DNA from: Pseudomonadales bacterium
GTDB taxonomy: Bacteria > Pseudomonadota > Gammaproteobacteria > Pseudomonadales > Azotimanducaceae
Length of the DNA: 64,000 nucleotides
Reading direction: 5' to 3'
Assembly: GCA_029941905.1 (NCBI GenBank)
Contig: JAPYTQ010000029.1
Span: 1,659-65,658 of the forward strand
Both the position numbers and the translations under genes were made by a program. The notes below the pieces were generated by a model, which had not been told where the DNA came from, searched no databases, and saw nothing but the letters and a program-made list of their open reading frames with translations. Shown piece by piece: positions 7,625 through 16,806 of the stretch (position 1 is its first letter; each line of letters begins with the position of its first letter).

Positions 7625-10294
7625 GTGAAAAATTCCTTCACATTACTCATTGATGGCATGACCTGTAATCATTGTGAATCAACGGTGACCGGGGCGCTGG
7701 AACAACTCGGTGGGCAGGTCCGGGAAATAGATGCCGATACCGGAATTGCCCGTTTTGTATCAGATAGATGGATCCCGATTGATTCCGTAACGAATTCAGT
7801 TGAATCGGCCGGCTATTCCCTGAAAGCAGCATCGATAGCCGGTGAGCTCACCATCCCGGTGCAGGGAATGCAATTCGAAAAATGCCGGAAGCGGATTACT
7901 GGCGAGCTTCTGAAAATAGACGGCGTAGAGCGCGTTGTTGTACACCTGGACGCGAATCAGGTCATCGTATCAGGATCTGCAGATCTGTTGGCGATAATTG
8001 CGGGCATTAGGAATCAGGGATATGAAGTGGCCGAAACAGTTTCTGACGTCGAATTCCCCAAGCAGCCATCTGCAACTACGGTAGCATCGGCGAGTGAACA
8101 GGACTCGATTACCCCCACGAGGGAATCAGATTATTACCTGCAAATTCAAGGTATGTCCTGCGCCAGCTGCGTTTTAAGAGTGGAGAATACGCTTTCTGCT
8201 GTTCCCGGCGTCAGCGAAGCTTCAGTTAATTTTGCGGACGAAACTGCCTTTGTAAAAGGCGCCACCAGCCTGCAGGATCTGGTATCGGCAGTACAACGAT
8301 TAGGTTACGGCGCGGATCTGGTTGACCCGTCGGTTGATAAAGAACGGGTAATGATCGATCAGTTTAGAAAGGGAATTATTCGATCTGTTCTGGCTTTGGT
8401 TGGCGGCTCGCTACTCATGGCAGGGATGATGACCGGCTTGTTGCCGGGGATAGACAACAAAACCTTCTGGCTGATAACGGGCGTCGTGGTTTTAGGGTTG
8501 ATGGTATTTTCTGGTGGGCACTTTTATCGTAATGCGTGGCACTCAGCCAAATACTTCACCACGACCATGGACACGCTGATTGCGCTGGGAACAGGAACCG
8601 CCTGGTTGTATTCAATGCTGGTGATCATTGCGCCGATGCTTGTGCCTGAGGCCAGTCGGCACCTGTTTTTTGAAGCTGCGCTGTTTATTGTCGGTTTTAT
8701 CAACCTGGGTAAAAGCCTGGAACTCAATGCCCGGGGCAAAGCTTCCGGCGCCATTGAAAAACTGTTAGATTTGGCGCCTGATGAAGTCACCTTGCTGGTA
8801 AACGATGAGGAAACCCGGACTTCTCTACAACTCATCAAGGTAGGGGATTCGCTGCGGATTAAACCGGGTGACCGAATCCCCGTGGATGGCAGGATCATTG
8901 ATGGTTTCTCAAGTCTTGATGAATCGATGTTAAGTGGTGAACCCATTCCAGTTGATAAGCAGCCTGGCGACAGTGTGGCAGCCGGTACGATCAACCTGCA
9001 TGGCAGTTTTGTGATGCTCACCGAGCAGGTAGGTCGAGAAACCACACTGGCCAGAATGGTCAGCATGGTGAAACAAGCCCAGAACTCGAAACCCCCCATT
9101 GGCAAACTAACGGATTCAATTGCATCGGTTTTCGTCCCATTCGTGTTGCTGGTTGCGCTGGTGTGTATCGTTTACTGGGGCTTCCTTTCGTCTGACGGGG
9201 GCCTGACCCTCGTGATTGTTACCACCATGTCAGTATTGATTATTGCCTGCCCCTGCGCGCTCGGCCTGGCAATACCGATCTCCATTATGGTGGGCATCGG
9301 TCGGGGAGCGTCCCGGGGACTGTTGGTGCGTAACAGCGATGCGCTGCAAGCCGCGGCTGGCCTGGACACTATCGTACTGGACAAGACAGGCACATTGACT
9401 GAAGGAAAGCCGGAAGTCGTGGGTGTTTCGGTGTCACAGGGTTCTGATGAGAATCGGTTACTCGGCCTGGCTTACAGTCTGGAATCCTATTCCGAGCATC
9501 CACTGGCGAAGGCGGTTATCAATTACTGTGAACAACGCGGTATCAGTAAGCCAGTGGTCAGTGAATTCCGGATATCACCGGGTGGCGGCGTATCAGCCGA
9601 GGTCGATGGCGTGATGGTCCGGGCTGGGAACAGGCAATATCTAGTAGATTCCGGGATAGGATTTAGCCACCAGACCCAACCGGAAACAGGCACCGTCATT
9701 TATATTGCCGAAGGGTCGGAACTGCTGGGCAGCCTTGACCTGGATGACAAACTCAAGCCGGATTCCAAATCTGCCGTGGCTAAATTTCAGGCAAAGGGAA
9801 TCCATGTGGTTATTCTCTCCGGGGACAACGCGGCGAGCGTCAGCAAGGTTGCAGCACAACTCAATATTTCGGACTACCATGCCGGACTCACCCCTGAAGC
9901 CAAGTTGGAGAAGATCAGCGAAATGCAACGGGGTGGCCAAAAAGTGGCAATGGTGGGTGATGGCATCAATGATGCGCCCGCTCTGGGCATTGCAGATGTC
10001 GGTTTTGCGATGGGTGATGGCACCGATATCGCGATTGAAAGTGCGGATGTTGCCGTGGTTGGTAACCGATTGAGCCGGGTTGTCGAGGCGATCGAGATTT
10101 CCCGGCAAACCATGCGCAACATCTACCAGAATCTCTTTGGTGCCTTTGCCTACAATATTGTGTTGATTCCTGTGGCGGCCGGTGTCTTGTATCCCCTGTT
10201 GATCAGTCCGACATTTGCGGGCTTCGCCATGGCGATGTCGTCAGTGACGGTGGTGGCCAATGCTAACCGTTTGCGATTTGTCCGGCTGGACTAG
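7625..10294 (+). CDS. copA: copper-translocating P1B-type ATPase
   Basis: Three N-terminal HMA domains: GMTCNHC, a degenerate GMQFEKC, and GMSCASC. Also the CPC transmembrane motif, DKTGTLT, and the GDGINDAP hinge. Confidence 0.9.
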   Translation: MKNSFTLLIDGMTCNHCESTVTGALEQLGGQVREIDADTGIARFVSDRWIPIDSVTNSVESAGYSLKAASIAGELTIPVQGMQFEKCRKRITGELLKIDGVERVVVHLDANQVIVSGSADLLAIIAGIRNQGYEVAETVSDVEFPKQPSATTVASASEQDSITPTRESDYYLQIQGMSCASCVLRVENTLSAVPGVSEASVNFADETAFVKGATSLQDLVSAVQRLGYGADLVDPSVDKERVMIDQFRKGIIRSVLALVGGSLLMAGMMTGLLPGIDNKTFWLITGVVVLGLMVFSGGHFYRNAWHSAKYFTTTMDTLIALGTGTAWLYSMLVIIAPMLVPEASRHLFFEAALFIVGFINLGKSLELNARGKASGAIEKLLDLAPDEVTLLVNDEETRTSLQLIKVGDSLRIKPGDRIPVDGRIIDGFSSLDESMLSGEPIPVDKQPGDSVAAGTINLHGSFVMLTEQVGRETTLARMVSMVKQAQNSKPPIGKLTDSIASVFVPFVLLVALVCIVYWGFLSSDGGLTLVIVTTMSVLIIACPCALGLAIPISIMVGIGRGASRGLLVRNSDALQAAAGLDTIVLDKTGTLTEGKPEVVGVSVSQGSDENRLLGLAYSLESYSEHPLAKAVINYCEQRGISKPVVSEFRISPGGGVSAEVDGVMVRAGNRQYLVDSGIGFSHQTQPETGTVIYIAEGSELLGSLDLDDKLKPDSKSAVAKFQAKGIHVVILSGDNAASVSKVAAQLNISDYHAGLTPEAKLEKISEMQRGGQKVAMVGDGINDAPALGIADVGFAMGDGTDIAIESADVAVVGNRLSRVVEAIEISRQTMRNIYQNLFGAFAYNIVLIPVAAGVLYPLLISPTFAGFAMAMSSVTVVANANRLRFVRLD

Positions 10295-10417
10295 ATGTTT
10301 TTGGTGTTGCCGTAAAGTTGTATCTGGTTCATGATCTGCGGCGGCTAGTTAAAAAAACCGCTGTTGGTACAATTCCGAATCACCAAAACTGCAGTTTCAA
10401 GAAGCAAAGAGGCAATC

Positions 10418-11056
10418 ATGGTAGAGCCCGTTCATATTGAGGTATTTACAGACTACGTCTGACCCTGGTGTTATCTCAGTACCGTGAGTATTGAAAAGCT
10501 AAGGCAGGAAGAAAACGTTACGGTATCCTGGTCCTTTTTCCCCCTTCATCCGGAAACGCCTCCTGAAGGCAAGTCTCTGTCTGACCTGTTTAAAGGTCGT
10601 GAATCCCAGGTGCAGTCTTTCCAGAACCAGATCAAATCTCTGGCCGAGAAAGAAGGGTTGCCTTACGGTGATCGCTCGATGACTTACAACAGCAGATTGG
10701 CACAGGAACTGGGTAGCTGGGCTGATACGCAGGCAAATGGTGAGGCTTTACACGACGTACTGTATCGATCTTACTTTGTCGACAACGTGAATATCTCGGA
10801 TATCGATGTACTGGTCAGGCTGGCGGGGCAGGCAGGGTTGAAGGAGGAAGAGGCGCGTGACGTACTGCAAGATCGCCGGTTCAGCCAAAAAGTCGATGAA
10901 GATTGGCAAAGAGCCCGTGGTATGGGCCTCAGTGGTGTGCCTACGTTTGTGAGCTCAGAATTGTACGTCGTCGGTTGCCAGACTTATGATGTGCTGATGC
11001 GCTTCCTGAGCCATTTGCGTAAGCTCAAGTCCGAGGCAAAAACGAATTCTGCCTGA
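10418..11056 (+). CDS. DsbA/FrnE-family thiol:disulfide oxidoreductase, candidate selenoprotein (TGA 10460-10462 read as Sec)
   Basis: ATG 10418 is preceded by AAGAGG with a 5-nt spacer. The product is MVEPVHIEVFTDYV-U-PWCYLSTVSIEKL..., 212 aa. The family motif is CPWC, and the U sits at the first Cys. The ORF track shows only the GTG-started remnant 10484..11056. Confidence 0.75.
10476..10494 (+). other. candidate bacterial SECIS hairpin
   Basis: UCAGUA-CCGUGAG-UAUUGA, folded by hand: 6 bp including one G-U pair, with a 7-nt loop. It starts 13 nt after the UGA. Confidence 0.3.
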
Positions 11057-11101
11057 AGCAGGCTTGCCCTCGCGACGGTCGCAGTACCATCCCATCAGCT
11101 G

Positions 11102-12043
11102 CTACTTTCGGCTCCGGACATAACCCGGGTTAACAATTCTGCTTCTTAACAGCACCTGCTGTTCGTCCTGTGTGAAAACAACTTTGTTACCGTCAAGTTC
11201 AATGCCTAACTGCGACAACAGCTGCGTATAACCACGGAAATTTCTATCTGACTCATAGTCTTTATACGCGGTGGCGAAAATGGAAGTCCCGGCGACCCGG
11301 TCAAAGGATTTCGCCAGCTTTATACCGTTCCAATGTTGATCAACTGAACGACAACACATCCTGAATTCGCTGATGACAGCATCAAGGGATTGTCCTGAGT
11401 TTTGCAGTGCTATATTCATTTCCAGAAAATAGAGCGCCCCAGACCAATAGACCCGCATAAAGGCCCTGTTCTGTCGCATATCCGCACTCAGTGTGCCGAG
11501 TTTGATATTACGGTTGCTGTCATTTGCGCCACGTCTGAACCCGTCAGCCAGTTTTTGCCACATCTGCTCGACGCTGAGAGTTCCGGCCCGGGCCATCAGA
11601 ATATTCTGGTAATAGCTGGCAAAGCCTTCTGAAATCCAGATATCCCCGGAACCAACATACGGTATATACAGGTGGCTGAATTCATGTACCGCAGTCCAAT
11701 CCTCTGTAAATCCTGCCAGGCTCACCTGTGGGTTAACGTAAAAGTTCACGCCTTCAGGTGACGAATGGCGTATTGTGTTGGCCCAGGGAACCGGCCCTGT
11801 GCCCCTGGCATGTCGTCGGATAATGATGTTCGTGTTTTGTCTCGGAAACCTGCCGTCGATAAGACTCGCTGAGTGAGCAGCGTGTAACAGCCAGTCAAGG
11901 ATTTTCTGTTGTTCCTGTTGGTTAAAGTCGGAGTGCCAGTTGATTGCGAACGTGCCACCAGGGATTGGCAGGTTGTCAGCGTAGGCCGGGATGCTGAGTG
12001 CGATTAGGATTAGTAGTAGAAAAGGAAATTTTGATCGGCCCAT
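11102..12043 (-). CDS. secreted zinc metallopeptidase-like protein (gluzincin HEXXH...E)
   Basis: Signal peptide. HEFSH, then W.SEGFASYY downstream, resembling M1/M61-type gluzincins. Confidence 0.6.
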   Translation of the reverse strand: MGRSKFPFLLLILIALSIPAYADNLPIPGGTFAINWHSDFNQQEQQKILDWLLHAAHSASLIDGRFPRQNTNIIIRRHARGTGPVPWANTIRHSSPEGVNFYVNPQVSLAGFTEDWTAVHEFSHLYIPYVGSGDIWISEGFASYYQNILMARAGTLSVEQMWQKLADGFRRGANDSNRNIKLGTLSADMRQNRAFMRVYWSGALYFLEMNIALQNSGQSLDAVISEFRMCCRSVDQHWNGIKLAKSFDRVAGTSIFATAYKDYESDRNFRGYTQLLSQLGIELDGNKVVFTQDEQQVLLRSRIVNPGYVRSRK

Positions 12044-12079
12044 AGTAGTGTTAGACCGGCTGATGCTATGAAAGATTCT

Positions 12080-12133
12080 CTGATCTATGGTATCTGATCT
12101 ACAGGGTCTGATCTATAGTACTGATCTGTAGTA
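12080..12133. repeat. four tandem 13-14 bp repeats CTGATCT(A/G)N6, each containing GATC
   Basis: Copies start at 12080, 12094, 12108 and 12121. They lie in the intergenic region directly upstream of the metallopeptidase gene. Confidence 0.9.
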
Positions 12134-12149
12134 GGAGGGGCGAATCGAT

Positions 12150-12821
12150 TCAGTCGCCAATGGCTTTCCAGGGTGACGTTTCGGGGTTGGCTGCCAGGAG
12201 GTTGCAGGCGGTAGCAATAACTTCCGAAACATCCTGTTCAGCTTGCTCGTAGATGACGCGATGATCGAATTTGCGGTGCTGAGAGTCAGGCTTTAACTCC
12301 GTTAGCCAATTATCCAGACCTGATGTGACCTCTGGGTTTGACTGGGAGAGGTGGTATCTGGCAGCATCGTATTGTTTGCGTAAATTTGTGTCTTTTATAT
12401 CGTCCAGTGTATCGAGAACGTCATAACTCTTGTCCGGTCCTTGTCTGGATTGTATGTACGACTTGGACGGAGAACAAAGGATTCGACTTGTTACAGACCG
12501 GTTGCTGGCGAGAACTCCTTGATAAGAGACCAGCAACAGTCTCAGGATGTTGGTTGCCTCGGCCTCGTTGACCTTGAACTGATCCTGGATTTTTTCGATA
12601 TTTGGTTGTGACTCTGACTTTAGCGCATCCAGGTACAATTGGTGCATCAGTGTCATGTAAGCGAAGTGATCAGGCAATTTCTCATCGTTGATGAAGTGCT
12701 CCCGATAGAGGTCTTCAGCTCCATTTTCGAGAACCTGCACAGGGTTTGCATTTCCGGGCTGGATGACCAGGGTAAGGGTAAGCACTGCTAACCAGGCTGT
12801 TACTTTTCTCTCATTCATCAT
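12150..12821 (-). CDS. hypothetical secreted protein
   Basis: Signal-peptide-like N-terminus (VTAWLAVLTLTLVIQPGNA). No recognised family. Confidence 0.5.
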   Translation of the reverse strand: MMNERKVTAWLAVLTLTLVIQPGNANPVQVLENGAEDLYREHFINDEKLPDHFAYMTLMHQLYLDALKSESQPNIEKIQDQFKVNEAEATNILRLLLVSYQGVLASNRSVTSRILCSPSKSYIQSRQGPDKSYDVLDTLDDIKDTNLRKQYDAARYHLSQSNPEVTSGLDNWLTELKPDSQHRKFDHRVIYEQAEQDVSEVIATACNLLAANPETSPWKAIGD

Positions 12822-12937
12822 GATTCTTAACGTCGAAACACTTGTGGACGTTAAAGATAAACAAATTGCGCGGTGAAATCAGAGAACCATGTCACACTTT
12901 TGGTAGGCTTATTTGCAGCTTGTTGGTTTTGTAACCG

Positions 12938-13708
12938 CTATCTGTTCGGGTTTAGCCGGGCCATTAAACCACCGATACCGCGAACCAGCCATCTGGGCTG
13001 ATGCTTGGCCCAGGTAATAGCAGCCTGATTGGTGACGCCGGGAATTCTGATTACTTCACGATTCATTAGCGCCGCGTAACCTTGTTGTGCAACATCTTCG
13101 GGGCTGGACATTAAGAAAGCCGGTACATTGGCGCTTTGAACATCTTCAATCATGTCCGTGCGGGTTATACCCGGACAAAGCGCTGTGACAAACACCCCGG
13201 TACCTTTTAGTTCTTCAGACAGGGATTCGGTTAGCGAAAGTACATAGGCCTTGCTGGCGGCATAAGCGGATAATGAGGGGACCGGTTGAAAGGAGGCCAC
13301 GGAGGCTACATTGAGTATTCTGCCGCTACCCCTGTTAATCATCCCTGGCAGAAAATTGCGCGTCAGCCTGGTCAGGCAAAAAATGTTGAGTGCGATCAGG
13401 TTCTCAATATCTGCCAGTGCCTGGTCATGAAATGAACCAGGGTAGGCAATTCCTGCATTGTTTACCAGCACATCAATGCGGGTATCGGAGAGTGAAGAGA
13501 CAAGGTGGTCAATGCCTTGATTCGTTGAGAGATCGCAGTCAATGACGTCGACATTGACCAATGACCTCAACTCGTCACCAATCTCTTCCAGCTTCGACAA
13601 TCTGCGTGCGGTGATCACAAGATCGAAGCCATTGGCCGCGAATTGACGTGCCAGAGCTTCGCCGATTCCCGACGAAGCACCCGTGATCAGCGCTGTGCCT
13701 TTAGTCAT
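12938..13708 (-). CDS. short-chain dehydrogenase/reductase (SDR)
   Basis: TGASSGIGEALA cofactor motif, NNAG, and a YAASK catalytic motif. Confidence 0.85.
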   Translation of the reverse strand: MTKGTALITGASSGIGEALARQFAANGFDLVITARRLSKLEEIGDELRSLVNVDVIDCDLSTNQGIDHLVSSLSDTRIDVLVNNAGIAYPGSFHDQALADIENLIALNIFCLTRLTRNFLPGMINRGSGRILNVASVASFQPVPSLSAYAASKAYVLSLTESLSEELKGTGVFVTALCPGITRTDMIEDVQSANVPAFLMSSPEDVAQQGYAALMNREVIRIPGVTNQAAITWAKHQPRWLVRGIGGLMARLNPNR

Positions 13709-13952
13709 CTGATTTCGTTTTCTCTTGCTCGTTGCCAGGTGTCCCGCCCATCATCTTTTGCAACCAGCTCTGATAAGCCATCATCGGTTGCATGGCGCTA
13801 TCCACGATGTCCTTGTATTGGGTCTGGTTGGAGTCTTTGAGAAATTGTTGCGCCCGATTGAGCATTTCCTGTTGCAGGCTCTCTACATTTGGAAGGCCTA
13901 TAAAACTACGCCGCTCTTCCGGGGTGATGTCCACATCGATTGTGATCTTCAT
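13701..13952 (-). CDS. small conserved protein often found beside phasin/PHA genes (DUF6489-like)
   Basis: MKITIDVDITPEERRSFIGLPNVESLQQEM... ATG 13952 has an AAGGA RBS. The gene overlaps the SDR start by 8 nt. The family name is recalled from memory, not searched. Confidence 0.5.
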   Translation of the reverse strand: MKITIDVDITPEERRSFIGLPNVESLQQEMLNRAQQFLKDSNQTQYKDIVDSAMQPMMAYQSWLQKMMGGTPGNEQEKTKSDD

Positions 13953-14048
13953 CAGTCGCCATCCTTTAGCCATAAACTGGGGAGTCTATTACAACCCAAA
14001 AACAGAAGGGCGCATAGCGCCCTTTAAAAATGCTGAATGACCGGGGGA

Positions 14049-14363
14049 TTAGCCATCAGTATTTGGTGCAAAAACTTGCTGAACTGCGTTAGTAGTATCT
14101 TCTACCGAGCTTTTCAAAATATCTGCCTGTACCTGGGTAGCATCCTTGATGCCGCTCCAGAGTGTCTCGGCATATTCACGTTGCAGTTCGATGAAACCCG
14201 CCACGTCTTTCACTTCAGGTAATTTGCTGGAGAAGTCACTGTTAAGTTCAAGATACTTGCGAAAATTTTCTTGCTGACTACTCATCAATGCCTGAAACAT
14301 ATTCTGGTTGATCTCGAAAAATGTCTTTCCCATTTCTGCTTGTGTCTGTAGATAACTCATCAT
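14049..14363 (-). CDS. phasin family protein
   Basis: About 100 aa, helical. The motif pattern F..NQ..F......EN..KYLELN......LPEVKDV..F..LQREY.ETLW is shared with the neighbouring paralog. Confidence 0.75.
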   Translation of the reverse strand: MMSYLQTQAEMGKTFFEINQNMFQALMSSQQENFRKYLELNSDFSSKLPEVKDVAGFIELQREYAETLWSGIKDATQVQADILKSSVEDTTNAVQQVFAPNTDG

Positions 14364-14386
14364 CTGGTCCTTTTTGTTAAGCCTAG

Positions 14387-14755
14387 TTACGCCGCTGCCT
14401 TTGCAGAGGTTTCTTCAGTTTTGGTTTCAGCTGGGGTCGCGGCTACTTCAGTTTCTTCTGCTGTCAAAGCCAGTTTCACTGCATCCCGGGTACCACTAAA
14501 CGCGCCTTTGACTATCTCTGTCTGTGCTTCAACGGCACCTCTGGCATTGTTCCAAAGTGTTTCGTTGTATTCTTTCTGTAAGCCCAGGAAATCAGAAATG
14601 CTGGTGATTTCCGGAAGTCGCTTGGCGAATTCGCGATTGGTCTCGAAATACTTGCTGATGTTCTCACGCTGGAGTTCGGCAATCTCTTTGATGGTGCTGG
14701 TGTTAATCTCGTAAAGTGACTTTCCGAGGTTGGTCTGTTTTTCAATAATGTTCAT
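14387..14755 (-). CDS. phasin family protein (tandem paralog, Ala/Glu/Thr-rich tail)
   Basis: Same motif pattern: LYEIN......ELQRENISKYFETN.EFAKRLPEITSISDFLGLQKEYNETLW. Confidence 0.75.
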   Translation of the reverse strand: MNIIEKQTNLGKSLYEINTSTIKEIAELQRENISKYFETNREFAKRLPEITSISDFLGLQKEYNETLWNNARGAVEAQTEIVKGAFSGTRDAVKLALTAEETEVAATPAETKTEETSAKAAA

Positions 14756-14784
14756 GTCGTTGTGTTTCCTGAGTTGTTCATATG

Positions 14785-14817
14785 TTGCGCTGCAGCATTA
14801 TATATTGCACTGCAACA
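14785..14817. promoter_or_regulatory. direct repeat TTGC(G/A)CTGCA(G/A)CA x2 upstream of the phasin gene (possible PhaR operator)
   Basis: TTGCGCTGCAGCA (14785-14797) and TTGCACTGCAACA (14805-14817), separated by TTATATA. Confidence 0.35.
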
Positions 14818-14922
14818 AATTCAAGCGGTTTTTCAGAATACTCGCTTATTTTTAGTGATTAGTCCGATTCAATGGCCCGGGGTCCTTCCTAAAATTTCTC
14901 ATAAGCCATTGATAAATTTAGA

Positions 14923-16431
14923 TTATGCAACCTTTGTGGGCACTTCGGCTACATCTTCAGAATCTTGATCCCCAGATAGCTCATTTTGCGTCCTGGACTG
15001 CAATTCCTGCCGTTCGATGATGTCAGTTACATTATCCGAAAGAACTAACTGCTTCAGTTCCATGAATGCGGCAACAATATCATCACGCAGAATGCTTGCG
15101 TCCGGCAGTGCTTTTTTGCATGCAGTAATACTAAAGTACAAGTCATCACAATAGCTTTGAACGGTGATGTTGAGACCCAGACCATGCGCGGGAATAGAGA
15201 CTGGATAGTGAGATAACATCTCTGCACCATTGGAGTAGAGTGTTTCACGGGGTCCGGGGACGTTCGAAATGACCAGATTGATGGGCATTGGCAGAACATC
15301 GCTCAAGCTAAGTTGCTCGTTTAGCACGGATGTCGCGGTGATCGTTGCGGGTAAACCGGGCAGTGCGACGTTAGGCTCGTATCCCTCGGCCAGTTCCGCG
15401 GTAACTTCCTTTGCTGTGTTAGCTGAGGCTTTGATTGCCAGCAACCTTGTACCAGGGTCTGCCAGATGCGTCGCCAGATTGACTTGCATCATGGTGACAT
15501 TGTTCCCCATTCCCTTATCACCGGGTTTCCTGAGGGATACGGGCGATCCCGCAATAAGTGGAGTGTCGGTCAATACGCCGAGTCGTAGCAGATAAGTTCG
15601 GAGCCCACCGGCGCAAACTGACATGAAAACGTCATTCACTTTGCAATCTAGTGACTTACCGATCTGCTTTGTCTGAGACAGTGACAGCTTACCGCAGGCA
15701 TATTCGCGGGTGGCACCGATTGAGCGGCTAAAGGAGGTGGTGGGTGCAACGTCGTTCAACGCACCAAAAGATTTTGATGGATCGATTGCTCTCTGGTTAA
15801 CCCGGACCATACTTTCCATGGATCCGAGATAGCGACTGACACTGTCGATCTGGAAGCTGACAAGATTTTCCCATGCCATGGTGAACAAATTGATTGAACT
15901 TTTCTGTTCACCGTCGAGCAGGTCCGCAGGAACCTGGTGAACCGGGTGATCCGGTGAGTTGTCCATCAACAGCATGGTGGCCGCCTGTCCAGCCATGCCG
16001 TCCAGGCAAGCGTGGTGGGCCTGGTTGTAGTAGGCGATATTTCCGTCTTCGAGACCTGTTATCACGTAAACAGCCCACAGCGGCTTGCTTCGATCCATGG
16101 GTGCGCTGTGCAATTGCGCGACTTTCTGTTCGAGCTGGCGCATGCTGCCCGGCGCATCAAGGGGAACCTCAATGATGTGGTTTTCGATATTGAATTCAGT
16201 ATCTGTGATCCACACCGGGTGGTCCAGATTGAACGGTGTGAACTTTATTTTCCGTGTCAGGTATGGGACAAGATGGATTCGGCCGTTCAGAAATGTTTTC
16301 AGGCCGTTGCAGAACTCACTCGCCGATGTGTTCTGCGGCAGGGCAAATTGTTGCAGGGACGCGACGTGATTGAACACCGTGTCTGTTTCTGAATAAAGGA
16401 AGTTTGCATCCAGGGCACCAAGTTTTTCCAT
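14923..16431 (-). CDS. wax ester synthase / diacylglycerol acyltransferase (WS/DGAT)
   Basis: HHACLDG active-site motif (HHxxxDG), an N-terminal LDANFLY motif, and about 500 aa. ATG 16431 is preferred (GGAG upstream); the ORF extends to 16452. Confidence 0.85.
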   Translation of the reverse strand: MEKLGALDANFLYSETDTVFNHVASLQQFALPQNTSASEFCNGLKTFLNGRIHLVPYLTRKIKFTPFNLDHPVWITDTEFNIENHIIEVPLDAPGSMRQLEQKVAQLHSAPMDRSKPLWAVYVITGLEDGNIAYYNQAHHACLDGMAGQAATMLLMDNSPDHPVHQVPADLLDGEQKSSINLFTMAWENLVSFQIDSVSRYLGSMESMVRVNQRAIDPSKSFGALNDVAPTTSFSRSIGATREYACGKLSLSQTKQIGKSLDCKVNDVFMSVCAGGLRTYLLRLGVLTDTPLIAGSPVSLRKPGDKGMGNNVTMMQVNLATHLADPGTRLLAIKASANTAKEVTAELAEGYEPNVALPGLPATITATSVLNEQLSLSDVLPMPINLVISNVPGPRETLYSNGAEMLSHYPVSIPAHGLGLNITVQSYCDDLYFSITACKKALPDASILRDDIVAAFMELKQLVLSDNVTDIIERQELQSRTQNELSGDQDSEDVAEVPTKVA

Positions 16432-16806
16432 GTTCTTGTCTCCAGTTTTCAATAGTCGATTTCCACATACGCACTAACGCCTGCACTGAACAGCGCCACG
16501 CTATCGATGTAATGCTATAAAAATAAGATGGGTATCCGTGTCGCGAGGTTCCAGACGCTTTTTGGGGTGACTGCGGGGACCTGCTGTGGACAACGAGCGC
16601 GGATTATAAACGGCTCTTGGTTTGAGTCAACCACTTTTTGTGCATCGCGCAATAAAGTTCAATTTTGTGAAGCTGTTAACAAATCTGCGACCTGGAGCAG
16701 CGGTTAAATGCTTGATTCCATTGTGTAAGTCGGACAAACTCAATCACGTTTTTCACTGCAACATAGCGCACTCTCTCAGTATGTGTAAGTACGTAAAATA
16801 TGAGGT

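Noticed and set aside
12080-12133. Possibility that the tandem repeats are a CRISPR array or minisatellite.
   Set aside because: The units are only 13-14 bp and directly abutting, with no spacers and no cas genes. They are reported instead as a regulatory-type repeat.
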